DNA from: Betaproteobacteria bacterium TMED22
GTDB taxonomy: Bacteria; Pseudomonadota; Gammaproteobacteria; Burkholderiales; Eutrophovitaceae
Length of the DNA stretch: 64,000 bases
Assembly: GCA_002167745.1 (NCBI GenBank)
Contig: NHCB01000003.1
Coordinates: 16,377-80,376, forward strand
Direction: 5' to 3'
The notes beneath the pieces are model-generated. The model saw nothing but the letters and a program-made list of their open reading frames with translations, was not told the DNA's origin and did no database searches. The position numbers and the translations under genes were made by a program. The first letter of the stretch is position 1. The number at the start of each line of letters is the position of its first letter. Of this stretch, positions 38,794 to 49,206 are shown one piece after another.

Positions 38794-39602
38794 GTGCGAA
38801 AAGCGGTTTGGTATAAAATCTTTATAAAGTCTAATGAATTCATTTTATGATCGGTAACGAAAACATTTCCCCTTGAGGCGTTGAGCTTGGTGATGACTTG
38901 TAGCCCCGACTTCACGATCATTTTGATTTCAATGCCTAGCCTACGTGGAAGATTTTCGTAAAGGTTAGATCCGTCATCTAAATATCGGTTAGCTCGATCC
39001 AATTGGAAGTTCATGAAGTTCAACCAATGAAGATCGAAAATTCGATTTTTAATGTGATCTTCGGTCACGCCAAAAGAATCCATCTCATCTTTAGGAAGGT
39101 AGATCCTTCCAAGATCATAATCATCCTTAACGTCTTGTAGAAAATTAATGATTTGAAGGCTGGTGCATATGGAGTCTGACCAAATTAAATATTCCTCGTC
39201 TGTGTGCCCAAATAGGTGCAATACAATCCTTCCAATTGGGTTAGCCGAGTTAGCGCAATATTCCTCTAGTCGCGTAAAATTTTCGTAACGTTTGACATTC
39301 AGATCCTGTTCGAACGCGTCGAGTAACTGAAAAAATAAGCCGATTGGTAACTTATACTGTGATATCAAGATACTGAGTTCTGAAAACAGAGGAGTTAGTG
39401 GAGGAGCATCAGATTTGATTTGTTTCAGTTCCGTTCGAAAGAAAGCTAAGCGGTCACGTTTGAAGTCTGGTGGCAAGTCAGTAGCATCTGCAATGTCATC
39501 TGCTGATCGTGCAAATCTATATATCGTTTCGATAGGAGCTCTTAGATATTTGGGCAGAATAACCGAGGCAACAGGAAAGTTTTCGTAGTGATCAACGGAC
39601 AA
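38790..39602 (-). CDS. hpnC: Hydroxysqualene synthase HpnC
   Basis: HYENFPVAS start, YRFARSADDIAD and NFLQDVKDDYDLGRIYLP. TTG start with a weak RBS, so the start is uncertain. Confidence 0.82.
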   Translation of the reverse strand: MSVDHYENFPVASVILPKYLRAPIETIYRFARSADDIADATDLPPDFKRDRLAFFRTELKQIKSDAPPLTPLFSELSILISQYKLPIGLFFQLLDAFEQDLNVKRYENFTRLEEYCANSANPIGRIVLHLFGHTDEEYLIWSDSICTSLQIINFLQDVKDDYDLGRIYLPKDEMDSFGVTEDHIKNRIFDLHWLNFMNFQLDRANRYLDDGSNLYENLPRRLGIEIKMIVKSGLQVITKLNASRGNVFVTDHKMNSLDFIKILYQTAFRT

Positions 39603-39713
39603 AGCAATATATCCAAAAAAATAATGCGGTGGATGGTTGATGAATGAACTAAAAATTAAAAGTTACAGTCGCAATCAACCGTGATATAGGGATTATAGTA
39701 GAATGTGAGGTAT

Positions 39714-39798
39714 GCGAATGTGGCGGAATTGGTAGACGCACCAGATTTAGGTTCTGGCGCCGAGAGGCGTGAGAGTTCGAGTCTCTCCTTTCGCACCA
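39714..39798 (+). tRNA. tRNA-Leu (anticodon UAG), type II with long variable arm, CCA encoded
   Basis: GCGAATG acceptor stem, anticodon stem-loop CCAGA-TTTAGGT-TCTGG, variable arm GCC-GAGA-GGC, T-arm GAGAG-TTCGAGT-CTCTC. There is one U:U mismatch in the acceptor stem. Confidence 0.92.
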
Positions 39799-39894
39799 AA
39801 TTAAGTAGTAGCTCGAGACGTTATACGCGTCGTTTTAAAGCAATCGAACTTCACTCGAGGTCGGTTGCTTGTATACCTAATTTTTGGGAACAGT

Positions 39895-41202
39895 ATGGAC
39901 GCAACATTAGAGACAGTTAGTAATCTAGAACGAAAAATGTCGATTTCAGTGCCAATGGCAGAAATTAATTCAGAGGTCGTCTCTCGGCTCGGGAAGCTCT
40001 CTAAGACCGTTAAAGTCGCTGGATTTAGGCCGGGTAAGGTTCCGGTTAAGATCGTCGAACAGCAACACGGAGGTCAAGTTCGCAGTGAGGTAATGAGCGA
40101 CGCAATTGGAAAGAATCTTGGAGAGGCATTAGAGCAAAAAGATCTAAGGATAGCTGGCCTGCCAAAAATCGATGTTAAAGCGAAGGAGCAAAGCGACGAT
40201 CATTTCGTTTTCATAGCGTCATTCGAAGTGTATCCACAGATCGAAGTAAAGGACGTCGCGGGGTGTTCCATTGATAAGCCTACCGTCAAGGTAGGGGATG
40301 CTCAGATCGAATCAACGCTAGCAACCATGCAGAAGCAAAGGGCGACGTTTGAAGTCACAGAGAAGATCGCTGAGGCGGGAGATCAAATCAAGATCGATTT
40401 TAAAGGATCTGTTGATGGAGAGTTATTCGAAGGTGGTTCCGGAGACGGGGTGGTCATGTCTCTTGGCGAAGGAAAGTTGGTTGCAGATTTTGAAAATTCC
40501 CTGACCGGCATGAAAGCAACAGATCAGAAGACATTTGATGTCAATTTTCCAGATGATTATCCAAGCAAAGACTTAGCTGGCAAGAAGGCGCAGTTTGATG
40601 TCAAAGTGCATGAAGTGTTAGCTCCCGTATTGCCGCAGATTGATGCAGAGTTTGCGAAGCAACTCGGTTTTGAAGATGGTGATGTCGATCGACTTAGAGT
40701 CGAAGTTAAGAAAAATGTCGAGGTAGAGGTCGCTAAAAGGTTGGAGTCGCGTCAAAAAGATCTCGTTATGAAAACTTTACTTGATCAGGCGGAATTTGAT
40801 GTGCCGCAGGCATTGATTGAGGAAGAGGGTCAGAGACTCGCGGAACAAATGAAAGAGAATATGAAGTCGCGCGGAATGAAAATAGATGATGCTCCGCTTC
40901 CTAAGGAAGTTTTTGCAGAGGAGGCTACCCGCCGCGTAAAACTGGGGTTGATTATCGCGCACATCGCAGAAAAACATGAATTGCAACCTAAGCCAGATCA
41001 ACTCAAAGAAGTAGTGGAAGAAATGGCGACGGGATATGAAAAGCCTCAGGAAGTTCGAGATTGGTACTACAAAAACCCACAAAGATTGAGGGAAATAGAA
41101 TCATATGTCGTTGAGAAAAATGTAGTAGCGTGGGTCCTAGGGGCTGCGCAAATCAATGATACCGAGATAGCTTTCGAAGAATTAATGGGTGTAGAGAAAT
41201 GA
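39895..41202 (+). CDS. tig: Trigger factor
   Basis: [16 protein letters not shown] and the internal FKBP domain. Start set to ATG 39895 (M11 of the track ORF). Followed by clpP-clpX-lon. Confidence 0.93.
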   Translation: MDATLETVSNLERKMSISVPMAEINSEVVSRLGKLSKTVKVAGFRPGKVPVKIVEQQHGGQVRSEVMSDAIGKNLGEALEQKDLRIAGLPKIDVKAKEQSDDHFVFIASFEVYPQIEVKDVAGCSIDKPTVKVGDAQIESTLATMQKQRATFEVTEKIAEAGDQIKIDFKGSVDGELFEGGSGDGVVMSLGEGKLVADFENSLTGMKATDQKTFDVNFPDDYPSKDLAGKKAQFDVKVHEVLAPVLPQIDAEFAKQLGFEDGDVDRLRVEVKKNVEVEVAKRLESRQKDLVMKTLLDQAEFDVPQALIEEEGQRLAEQMKENMKSRGMKIDDAPLPKEVFAEEATRRVKLGLIIAHIAEKHELQPKPDQLKEVVEEMATGYEKPQEVRDWYYKNPQRLREIESYVVEKNVVAWVLGAAQINDTEIAFEELMGVEK

Positions 41203-41822
41203 ACGTGAACACTAATGGATATCAGGAGCCTTCGGCTTTAGGGATGGTTCCAATGGTTATTGAGCAGAGCGGTCGTGGCGAACGGGCTTATGACATTTAC
41301 TCTCGCTTACTGAGAGAACGAGTCATTTTTTTGGTTGGACCAGTTAATGAATTAACGGCTAATCTTGTCGTTGCACAGCTTCTTTTTTTAGAATCTGAAA
41401 ACCCAGACAAGGATATATCCTTGTATATCAATTCGCCTGGTGGTGTTGTGTCAGCTGGTATGGCTATTTATGACACGATGCAATTTATAAAGCCTGATGT
41501 CAGTACCTTATGCATAGGTCAGGCGGCAAGCATGGGCGCATTTTTACTGACGGCTGGTCAAAAAGGGAAGCGATTTATTCTGCCAAATTCACGCGTCATG
41601 ATTCATCAACCACTCGGCGGTTTTCAAGGGCAAGCTTCTGATATTGAGATTCATGCAAAAGAAATTTTATATTTAAAAGACCGTTTAAATCGTTTATTGG
41701 CGGAACATACGGGACAACCCATTGAAACACTTCAAAAAGATACTGATCGTGATAATTTCCTAGGGGCCGATGAGGCGGTAACCTATGGACTGGTAGATGA
41801 GGTACTATCTAAAAGACCTTAG
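41199..41822 (+). CDS. clpP: ATP-dependent Clp protease proteolytic subunit
   Basis: [29 protein letters not shown] (active-site Ser), MIHQPLGG. Confidence 0.97.
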   Translation: MNVNTNGYQEPSALGMVPMVIEQSGRGERAYDIYSRLLRERVIFLVGPVNELTANLVVAQLLFLESENPDKDISLYINSPGGVVSAGMAIYDTMQFIKPDVSTLCIGQAASMGAFLLTAGQKGKRFILPNSRVMIHQPLGGFQGQASDIEIHAKEILYLKDRLNRLLAEHTGQPIETLQKDTDRDNFLGADEAVTYGLVDEVLSKRP

Positions 41823-41892
41823 AACTTGGCAAGCTTGAGCTTGTCACAGCTTCTATACACGATAAATATACGCAACGACAGATTAGCACTCC

Positions 41893-43176
41893 ATGACTGA
41901 TAAAAACGAAGGTAATTCAGAAAAACTGCTCTACTGCTCTTTCTGTGGTAAGAGTCAACAAGAGGTCAAAAAGCTCATTGCTGGTCCGTCCGTTTTTATT
42001 TGTGACGAGTGCATCGAGTTATGTAACGACATCATCCTGGAAGAAGCCCTAGCGGACACAGATTCTGCCGAAAAGTCGTCGTCGTTGCCAGTGCCTCAGG
42101 GTATTAGGGAAGCGCTCGATGAGTATGTGATCGGTCAGGAGTTGGCTAAACGAACGCTCTCGGTTGCGGTTTATAGCCATTACAGACGGTTACATGAATC
42201 CAATGACGACGGGATTGAGTTGTCAAAGTCAAATATTTTATTGGTAGGGCCAACTGGCTCGGGTAAAACTTTACTCGCCCAAACGCTCGCTCGATTGTTG
42301 AATGTTCCTTTTGTGATGGCCGATGCAACGACTCTAACTGAAGCGGGATATGTTGGAGAAGACGTTGAGAACATCATTCAAAAATTACTTCAAAAATGTG
42401 ATTATGACGTAGAGCGTGCCCAAAGAGGTATAGTTTACATTGATGAAATTGATAAGGTTTCGCGAAAAACTGATAATCCATCAATCACGCGTGATGTATC
42501 TGGTGAAGGTGTGCAACAGGCTTTATTGAAACTAATTGAGGGAACAATTGCATCTGTGCCGCCTCAGGGTGGGCGTAAGCATCCCAATCAAGAATTCGTT
42601 CAGGTAGACACCAGCAATATATTGTTTATTTGTGGTGGTGCATTTGATGGATTAGAGAAGATCATTCGTGATAGATCAGATAAAAGTGGGATTGGTTTTG
42701 GTGCTGAAGTGAAACCAAATAGAGCCGCGAAGGATTCTAGTCGAGTTTTGAAGGGCGTCGAGCCTGAGGATCTTATAAAGTTCGGTTTGATTCCAGAGTT
42801 TGTAGGACGACTTCCAGTTTTAGCTACGCTCGAGGAGCTTGACAAGAGTGCGTTGATAGAAATTTTGACTGAGCCAAAAAACTCTTTGGTTAAACAATAT
42901 AAAAAAATGTTTGCGATGGAAGGCGTCGATCTGGACCTTAGGCCAGATGCGTTATTAGCTATCGCAAGTAAATCTCTGGCGCGTAAAACAGGCGCACGAG
43001 GGTTGAGGTCGATTATCGAGAATGTGCTGCTAGATGTAATGTACGATCTTCCTTCCCTGAAAAACGTGGAAAAGGTTGTTGTGGACGGTTCAGCAGTTTT
43101 AGAGGGAAGTAAACCGCTGCTTATTTACTCGAAACAAGACAACGGGGTTGGTCAATCAATTGCGTCCAGTGCCTAG
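41893..43176 (+). CDS. clpX: ATP-dependent Clp protease ATP-binding subunit ClpX
   Basis: Zinc finger [30 protein letters not shown], Walker [12 protein letters not shown], and the IGF-type loop region. Confidence 0.97.
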   Translation: MTDKNEGNSEKLLYCSFCGKSQQEVKKLIAGPSVFICDECIELCNDIILEEALADTDSAEKSSSLPVPQGIREALDEYVIGQELAKRTLSVAVYSHYRRLHESNDDGIELSKSNILLVGPTGSGKTLLAQTLARLLNVPFVMADATTLTEAGYVGEDVENIIQKLLQKCDYDVERAQRGIVYIDEIDKVSRKTDNPSITRDVSGEGVQQALLKLIEGTIASVPPQGGRKHPNQEFVQVDTSNILFICGGAFDGLEKIIRDRSDKSGIGFGAEVKPNRAAKDSSRVLKGVEPEDLIKFGLIPEFVGRLPVLATLEELDKSALIEILTEPKNSLVKQYKKMFAMEGVDLDLRPDALLAIASKSLARKTGARGLRSIIENVLLDVMYDLPSLKNVEKVVVDGSAVLEGSKPLLIYSKQDNGVGQSIASSA

Positions 43177-43188
43177 AGCGGACTTGGT

Positions 43189-43216
43189 CTTGAATTTTTT
43201 TATTCTGCCTCAATGT
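43189..43216 (+). promoter_or_regulatory. Possible sigma-32 (heat-shock) promoter for lon
   Basis: CTTGAA (43189..43194), 13 nt spacer, CCTCAATGT (43208..43216), compared with consensus CTTGAA-N13-14-CCCCATNT. The -10 match is imperfect. Confidence 0.35.
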
Positions 43217-43247
43217 AATAAGTAACATCACCACAAAAGGTCTTAAA

Positions 43248-45665
43248 ATGAGTGAGATACATCAAGCTAACGGTCCAAATGCTGCATTTCCTTTAATTCC
43301 ATTGAGAGATGTCGTTGTTTTTCCGCACATGGTCATTCCATTGTTCGTTGGCCGTGCAAAGTCAAATAAGGCCCTTGAAGTAGCGATGGAGGCTGGGAAG
43401 CATGTCATGCTCGTTGCGCAAAAAACTGCTGCTAAGGATGATCCTGAGGAAGCGGATCTCTACCAGGTGGGAAGTGTGGCGAACATACTGCAAATGCTAA
43501 AGCTGCCTGATGGAACTGTAAAAGTTTTGGTCGAGGGTGTAAATCGAGCGCGATTGAACAGTGTCATTGACGAGGAAACGCATTTAAGCTGCGAGACGTC
43601 AGAGATTGCATCAGAGGTCACGGATCCCGCGAAGCTTGAGGGCATGAGGCGTGCCTTAGTGACTCAGTTTGAGCAATACGTCAAAGTCAATAAAAAAATT
43701 CCTCCAGAGGTTTTGTCTTCTCTAGCTGGTATCGATGAGGCTGGGCGATTGGCGGATACGGTTGCAGCTCACCTTCCATTAAAGATTGATCAAAAGCAAG
43801 AGATTCTTGAGCTGGCTGATGTCAAAGTGCGCTTGGAGCATTTATTGGGTTTATTAGAATCTGAGCTTGATATTATGCAAGTGGAGCGACGTATTCGTGG
43901 TCGCGTTAAGCGACAGATGGAAAAAAGTCAAAGAGAGTACTACCTCAATGAGCAAGTTAAAGCGATTCAAAAAGAGCTTGGTGATTCAGAGGACGGTGCT
44001 GATCTGGAGGAACTCGAGAAAAAAATTAAATCAGCTCGGATGCCTAAAGACGCAAAAAATAAGGTAAACGCAGAGTTTAAAAAATTGAAGTTAATGTCTC
44101 CAATGTCGGCTGAGGCTTCAGTAGTGAGAAACTATATCGATACATTAGTGGGGTTGCCTTGGAAGAAGAAAAGTAAAGTCTCTGCTGACCTCCAGGTAGC
44201 TGAAAAGATTCTTAATGAGGATCATTACGGTCTTGAGAAGGTCAAAGAGCGAATTATTGAGTATCTTGCGGTTCAACAGCGGGTAGACAAACTCAAAGCA
44301 CCTATATTGTGTTTAGTGGGTCCGCCGGGAGTGGGGAAAACGTCTTTAGGTCAATCTATAGCAAAGGCGACGAATCGCCATTTCACGAGAATGTCACTTG
44401 GTGGCGTCCGTGATGAGTCGGAGATTCGTGGTCATAGAAGGACCTATATTGGTTCGATGCCGGGTAAAATTTTGCAGAATATGAGCAAAGTCGGCGTTAG
44501 AAATCCCCTATTCCTATTGGATGAGGTTGATAAGATGGGTATGGATTTTCGTGGAGACCCATCGTCAGCATTGCTCGAGGTTCTGGATCCTGAACAGAAT
44601 GATAAATTCGCCGATCACTATGTCGAGGTTGACTACGATTTGTCTGATGTGATGTTCGTTGCGACTGCAAATTCGATGAACATTCCGGGTCCTTTGCTGG
44701 ATAGAATGGAAGTAATTCGTTTGGCGGGTTACACCGAGGACGAAAAAGTTAATATCGCTTTGCGTTATTTGTTACCAAAGCAAATGGGAAACAATGGTAT
44801 CGATGGGCAGGAGATATCCGTTTCTGAAGGTGCCATTAGAGATATTGTTCGCTATTACACGCGTGAAGCCGGCGTTCGTTCTTTAGAGCGAGAGATTTCG
44901 AAAATATGTCGTAAAGTAGTTACTGCGATCTCCATGAAGAAATTGTCAAAGAAAGTAATGGTCACCGCCAGGAACCTGAACGACTACCTCGGTGTGCGTA
45001 AATTCAATTTCGGTCTTGCGGAGAAGAATAACCAAGTTGGTCAGGTTACTGGGTTGGCATGGACAGAGGTGGGAGGCGAGCTGCTTACCATTGAGTCGGT
45101 AATCTTGCCCGGTAAAGGTAACATTCATCGGACCGGCTCGCTTGGTGATGTTATGAAGGAATCTGTTGAGGCGGCGCGTTCAGTGGTTCGGTCTCGGGCG
45201 CATGTGCTAGGAATAGCTGACGACGTATTTGAGAAGCATGACATCCACGTTCACGTTCCAGAAGGGGCGACTCCAAAGGATGGGCCATCAGCGGGTATAG
45301 CAATGACAATAGCTTTGGTGTCCTCTATTACGAAAATACCAGTTAGGTGTGACGTCGCAATGACTGGTGAGATTACTCTTAGAGGTGAGGTACTGGCCAT
45401 CGGAGGTCTAAAAGAAAAACTTCTAGCTGCCCATCGAGGGGGTATCAAGACCGTGTTAATTCCTCATGAAAACGAAAAAGATCTTATCGACATCCCGGAT
45501 AATATCAAAGGTCGACTTGAGATACGTCCTGTCAAATGGATTGATGAAGTTTTGGATTTAGCTCTGGAACATAGTCCGATCGCACTCCCAACTGATCCTG
45601 TCGATGACGTCACCATTCCAGCTGTAAAAAATAACGATGGAAAGTCGTCTAGAGTCAAGCATTAA
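43248..45665 (+). CDS. lon: Lon protease
   Basis: [20 protein letters not shown], Walker [10 protein letters not shown] and catalytic [11 protein letters not shown]. Confidence 0.97.
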   Translation: MSEIHQANGPNAAFPLIPLRDVVVFPHMVIPLFVGRAKSNKALEVAMEAGKHVMLVAQKTAAKDDPEEADLYQVGSVANILQMLKLPDGTVKVLVEGVNRARLNSVIDEETHLSCETSEIASEVTDPAKLEGMRRALVTQFEQYVKVNKKIPPEVLSSLAGIDEAGRLADTVAAHLPLKIDQKQEILELADVKVRLEHLLGLLESELDIMQVERRIRGRVKRQMEKSQREYYLNEQVKAIQKELGDSEDGADLEELEKKIKSARMPKDAKNKVNAEFKKLKLMSPMSAEASVVRNYIDTLVGLPWKKKSKVSADLQVAEKILNEDHYGLEKVKERIIEYLAVQQRVDKLKAPILCLVGPPGVGKTSLGQSIAKATNRHFTRMSLGGVRDESEIRGHRRTYIGSMPGKILQNMSKVGVRNPLFLLDEVDKMGMDFRGDPSSALLEVLDPEQNDKFADHYVEVDYDLSDVMFVATANSMNIPGPLLDRMEVIRLAGYTEDEKVNIALRYLLPKQMGNNGIDGQEISVSEGAIRDIVRYYTREAGVRSLEREISKICRKVVTAISMKKLSKKVMVTARNLNDYLGVRKFNFGLAEKNNQVGQVTGLAWTEVGGELLTIESVILPGKGNIHRTGSLGDVMKESVEAARSVVRSRAHVLGIADDVFEKHDIHVHVPEGATPKDGPSAGIAMTIALVSSITKIPVRCDVAMTGEITLRGEVLAIGGLKEKLLAAHRGGIKTVLIPHENEKDLIDIPDNIKGRLEIRPVKWIDEVLDLALEHSPIALPTDPVDDVTIPAVKNNDGKSSRVKH

Positions 45666-45717
45666 TTAAGCAATTATCGCTGGATCGTTAAATTTACTGT
45701 TTATTTGGCCGCTGCGC

Positions 45718-45747
45718 TTGACACGTGCTTTTTACAGTTGCTATAAA
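45718..45747 (+). promoter_or_regulatory. Candidate sigma-70 promoter for hupB
   Basis: TTGACA (45718..45723), 18 nt spacer, TATAAA (45742..45747), about 120 nt upstream of the hupB start. Confidence 0.45.
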
Positions 45748-45869
45748 CACTCTTGGAACAGGAGTACGTGAAATTTCTTCTACCCATGCTTAGGTAAACA
45801 AAATTGCGGTCCCTGGATAAGTCCGCTTAACAACCATTATTATAATTATTAAAAACGAAAGGATTCGAT

Positions 45870-46142
45870 GTGAATAAATCAGAATTAGTAGAAGCAATGG
45901 CCGCTGCTGCGGATATTTCGAAAGCCTCTGCAGAGCGCGCGTTAGATGGAGCAACCTCCGCGATTTCAGGAGCTCTTAAGGCCGGCGATCAGGTGACTAT
46001 CGTTGGTTTTGGTAGCTTTCTTGTTGGAGAAAGAGGGGCGCGCATGGGTCGTAATCCACGTACTGGTGAGAGTATTCAAATTAAGGCCTCAAAATCTCCT
46101 AAATTTCGGGCTGGTAAAGCGCTTAAGGATGCAGTAAACTAG
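45870..46142 (+). CDS. hupB: DNA-binding protein HU-beta
   Basis: [11 protein letters not shown]...GFGSF...[14 protein letters not shown] start; the overlapping ATG frame terminates immediately. Confidence 0.93.
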   Translation: MNKSELVEAMAAAADISKASAERALDGATSAISGALKAGDQVTIVGFGSFLVGERGARMGRNPRTGESIQIKASKSPKFRAGKALKDAVN

Positions 46143-46207
46143 CGCGCTTTCTAACACAGTTAAGGTGAATATTTACTCTGAATCTTGAGCTCGATCTCGA
46201 GATTCTT

Positions 46208-46283
46208 GGGTGCTTAGCTCAGCTGGTAGAGCGTCGCCCTTACAAGGCGAATGTCGGGAGTTCGAACCTCTCAGCACCCACCA
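46208..46283 (+). tRNA. tRNA-Val (anticodon UAC)
   Basis: GGGTGCT/AGCACCC acceptor stem, anticodon loop CTTACAA, T-loop GGGAGTTCGAACCTC, CCA encoded. Confidence 0.95.
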
Positions 46284-46295
46284 GACTGACGTTAA

Positions 46296-46372
46296 GGAGT
46301 GGTAGTTCAGTTGGTTAGAATACCGGCCTGTCACGCCGGGGGTCGCGGGTTCGAGTCCCGTCCACTCCGCCA
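46296..46372 (+). tRNA. tRNA-Asp (anticodon GUC)
   Basis: GGAGTGG/CCACTCC acceptor stem, anticodon loop CTGTCAC, T-loop GGGTTCGAGTCCC, CCA encoded. Confidence 0.95.
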
Positions 46373-46380
46373 ATAGAAAA

Positions 46381-46405
46381 AGGCGAACGTAAGTTCGCCT
46401 TTTTT
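46381..46405 (+). terminator. Rho-independent terminator after tRNA-Asp
   Basis: AGGCGAAC-GTAA-GTTCGCCT followed by TTTTT. Confidence 0.8.
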
Positions 46406-46453
46406 GTTAATCTATGCCATCGATAATTACGGTAATCAAATCAGGTTGACTCC

Positions 46454-48370
46454 ATGTTCGATTTCATAAGTAAAAATAAAATATTTTCACAGGCGATCTT
46501 AGTTCTGATCGTGTTGACATTCGCGCTCTTTGGTGTTGATTCTTACTTCCGCGGTCAGGACTCTGCGCAAGTTGTTGCCGAAGTAGGTAATAGCGCAATT
46601 TCTCAGCAGGAATTGAGCATGATGGTGCGTCAAGAGCAAGACCGACTTCGTCCACAAACTCAAGCCAATCCGCAAGCTTCTGAGTATCTTCAAACGCCAG
46701 AATTTAAAATGTCCGTATTGAACAATATTATCCAGAGAAGACTACTGCTTAATCAGGCTAACAGCATGGGAATGATGGTTTCTGCTGAGGAGCTGCGAGA
46801 AGTTATATCTGGTGTGCCAGCATTTTTTGATGATTCCGGTGAGTTTTCTGTCGAGAAGTACGAACGATTATTGAGAGCACAAAATCTCAGCCCCGCAGAA
46901 TTTGAAATACAAATTACGCAGGATTTATTAGTCGGCAGATTACAAAACGTTGTAACACAAACAGCAATCGTTTCGGATTCAGTCGTACAACGACTTGTTA
47001 AGCAACGCGGTCAACAGCGTGAAGTAAGTCAATTGATTTTCTCGCCAGCGAAGTATCGTGAATCAATTTCGGTCACGGATGAGGAGGTAAGAGCTTATTT
47101 CGATGAAAACCGTAGCTTGTTCGTACTGCCTGAGCGAGCTAAGGTCGAATATTTAGTGCTTAATGAAGAGTCTGCAGCGGCGTCGGTTTCAGTTTCAGAG
47201 GATGAGTTGGAACAAGCTTATCAGGATCGCCTTTCGGAATTTCAGACAATCGAGGAGCGAAAGGCCAGTCATATTTTAATTTCAGTTATTGAGGATGCAC
47301 CGGATTCAGAGAAGGCTGCTGCAAAGGCGCAAGCAGAAAAGCTTCTGGCAGAAGTTAGGAATGACCCGAATCAATTTGGACCACTTGCTCTAGAATATTC
47401 GAACGATCCCGGGTCCGCAGAAAATGATGGAGATCTTGGTTTTCTATCGCGTGGTCTTATGGTTGAGCCTTTTGACAAAGCTCTATTTGAAGCCGATAAG
47501 GGATCGATTGTTGGTCCTATTCAGACTCAGTATGGATTTCACATCATACGTGTCGATGATGTGAAGAGCGTCGAAACAACCCCATTCTCTGAGGTTAGAG
47601 ATGATATAGAAAAAGATATTCGTACGTCGAAGGTGGAAGAAACGTACCTAAGTGCATCTCAGGTGTTTAGTGACCGGGTATATACTGACTATGACAGTCT
47701 ATTACCTGTTGCAGAAGAGTTAGGACTGACTGTGCAAACCAGCGATTGGATTACTAGAGAGAGCGCAGGCTATAACACGTTACTCGGTAAACCCGAGTTG
47801 CTACAGGCTATTTTTTCGGCAGAATCAATGGAAGAAAAACGTAATACTGAGGCTTTTGAGGTCCAACCAAAAACTCTAGTTGCTGCCCGAATGGTCGAAT
47901 ATGCCATAGAGGAGGATATGGCATTTGAGGATGTTGCTGATGAAGTTAAGGATTTTTTAAAGTCGCAAGGAGCGTTAGACAAAGCGGTATCGGAAGGCGA
48001 GTTGGCGTTAGGGTCTCTTGAGGCAGGACAAGAGGTTACGGGTGCCGAATGGTCCAAGCCGGGCATGGTGACATTAGTGAAGAGACAAGGTCTCCATCCC
48101 GAGGGGTTAAGGGCAGTGTTTGGTGTATCTAAAGATGCTTTACCCGCCCATGTTGGTATGCCTATTGATGATGGTCGTTATGTCGTGTTTCGCGTCTCAA
48201 AGATTGTTGATTTAGACGAAGTCACTGAGAATGATCTTGATACAGCGAAAAGACAGCTTGAGCAGATGATGCAACAACAACAAATGGACGCGTATATCGC
48301 GAGTTTGCGTGAAAAAGCCAACGTCCGTATCAAGAGTGATGCTATCGGGCTGGACGGTTTAAATAACTAG
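46454..48370 (+). CDS. ppiD: Periplasmic chaperone / peptidyl-prolyl isomerase PpiD
   Basis: N-terminal TM anchor, SurA-N-like region and a parvulin domain (ASHILI...GDLGF...FGFHII). Lies downstream of hupB as in many proteobacteria. Confidence 0.88.
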   Translation: MFDFISKNKIFSQAILVLIVLTFALFGVDSYFRGQDSAQVVAEVGNSAISQQELSMMVRQEQDRLRPQTQANPQASEYLQTPEFKMSVLNNIIQRRLLLNQANSMGMMVSAEELREVISGVPAFFDDSGEFSVEKYERLLRAQNLSPAEFEIQITQDLLVGRLQNVVTQTAIVSDSVVQRLVKQRGQQREVSQLIFSPAKYRESISVTDEEVRAYFDENRSLFVLPERAKVEYLVLNEESAAASVSVSEDELEQAYQDRLSEFQTIEERKASHILISVIEDAPDSEKAAAKAQAEKLLAEVRNDPNQFGPLALEYSNDPGSAENDGDLGFLSRGLMVEPFDKALFEADKGSIVGPIQTQYGFHIIRVDDVKSVETTPFSEVRDDIEKDIRTSKVEETYLSASQVFSDRVYTDYDSLLPVAEELGLTVQTSDWITRESAGYNTLLGKPELLQAIFSAESMEEKRNTEAFEVQPKTLVAARMVEYAIEEDMAFEDVADEVKDFLKSQGALDKAVSEGELALGSLEAGQEVTGAEWSKPGMVTLVKRQGLHPEGLRAVFGVSKDALPAHVGMPIDDGRYVVFRVSKIVDLDEVTENDLDTAKRQLEQMMQQQQMDAYIASLREKANVRIKSDAIGLDGLNN

Positions 48371-48382
48371 GCCTCTTGAAAT

Positions 48383-49174
48383 TTAGTTCTCTAACGGCGC
48401 AATACCGGATGTGTTAAATCCCGCGTCAACATAAGTTATTTCTCCGGTGATACCACTAGCCAGGTCGCTAAGTAGAAATGCTGCTGTGTTTCCTACTTCA
48501 TCAATCGTTACGTTTCTTCTTAAGGGGGCTGTTCTTTCTGCAAACGAGAGTAGCTTAGAAAAGCTACCAATTCCCGCGGCTGCCAGAGTTTTGATCGGAC
48601 CTGCTGATATTGCGTTAACACGAATATTGTCTGCTCCAAGACTGCTTGCCATGTAACGAACATTAGCTTCTAAGCTTGCTTTCGCTAACCCCATAACGTT
48701 ATAACTTGGAAATGCTCGTTGAGAACCTAGATAGGTCAAAGCTAAGAGCGATCCGTTGTTACCCAGCATCAGTGGATGTGCAGCCTTTGCGAGCGCAGAA
48801 AAGCTATAGGAGCTTATATCATGAGCAATTTGAAAGGATTCTCGACTTACCGATTCAAGATAGTTACCACTTAGTGATTCTCTTGGAGCGAAAGCGATCG
48901 AGTGAACTAGTCCATCAAGTCTTCCCCATTCCTTCTTTAGAGAATTGCATAAGGATTTAATTTCTCCATCTTCAGCCACATCGCAAGGAAAGACTAGGTC
49001 CGTATCGAAATCACGTGCAAGATCTTTCACCCGTTTTTCAATTTTTTCACCGCCGGCATAACTGAATGCGAGTGTGGCCCCTTCACGTAAAGCGGCTCTA
49101 GCAATGCCGTAAGCTATGGACCGATTACTGAGTAATCCGGTAATAAGTAATTTTTTATCCGATAAGAATCCCAT
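48383..49174 (-). CDS. fabI: Enoyl-[acyl-carrier-protein] reductase (NADH) FabI
   Basis: GLLSNRSIAYGIA, YNVMGLAKASLEANVRY (Y-x6-K), RVNAISAGPIKTLAA. Confidence 0.94.
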   Translation of the reverse strand: MGFLSDKKLLITGLLSNRSIAYGIARAALREGATLAFSYAGGEKIEKRVKDLARDFDTDLVFPCDVAEDGEIKSLCNSLKKEWGRLDGLVHSIAFAPRESLSGNYLESVSRESFQIAHDISSYSFSALAKAAHPLMLGNNGSLLALTYLGSQRAFPSYNVMGLAKASLEANVRYMASSLGADNIRVNAISAGPIKTLAAAGIGSFSKLLSFAERTAPLRRNVTIDEVGNTAAFLLSDLASGITGEITYVDAGFNTSGIAPLEN

Positions 49175-49206
49175 GGGTACACCATTTATTTTTAATAGAC
49201 GTTATT

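Noticed and set aside
39705-39920. 71-aa ORF overlapping tRNA-Leu and the tig leader
   Set aside because: It reads through a clear cloverleaf tRNA gene. No RBS and no protein-like composition.
46143-46207. Imperfect palindrome AATCTTGAG...CTCGAGATT just before tRNA-Val as a regulatory element
   Set aside because: It has one mismatch and overlaps restriction-site-like sequence. It is most simply a processing or leader hairpin of the tRNA precursor. Nothing distinguishes it further.
46173-46373. 66-aa minus-strand ORF
   Set aside because: It is antisense to the tRNA-Val and tRNA-Asp genes, an artefact of GC-rich tRNA sequence lacking stops.
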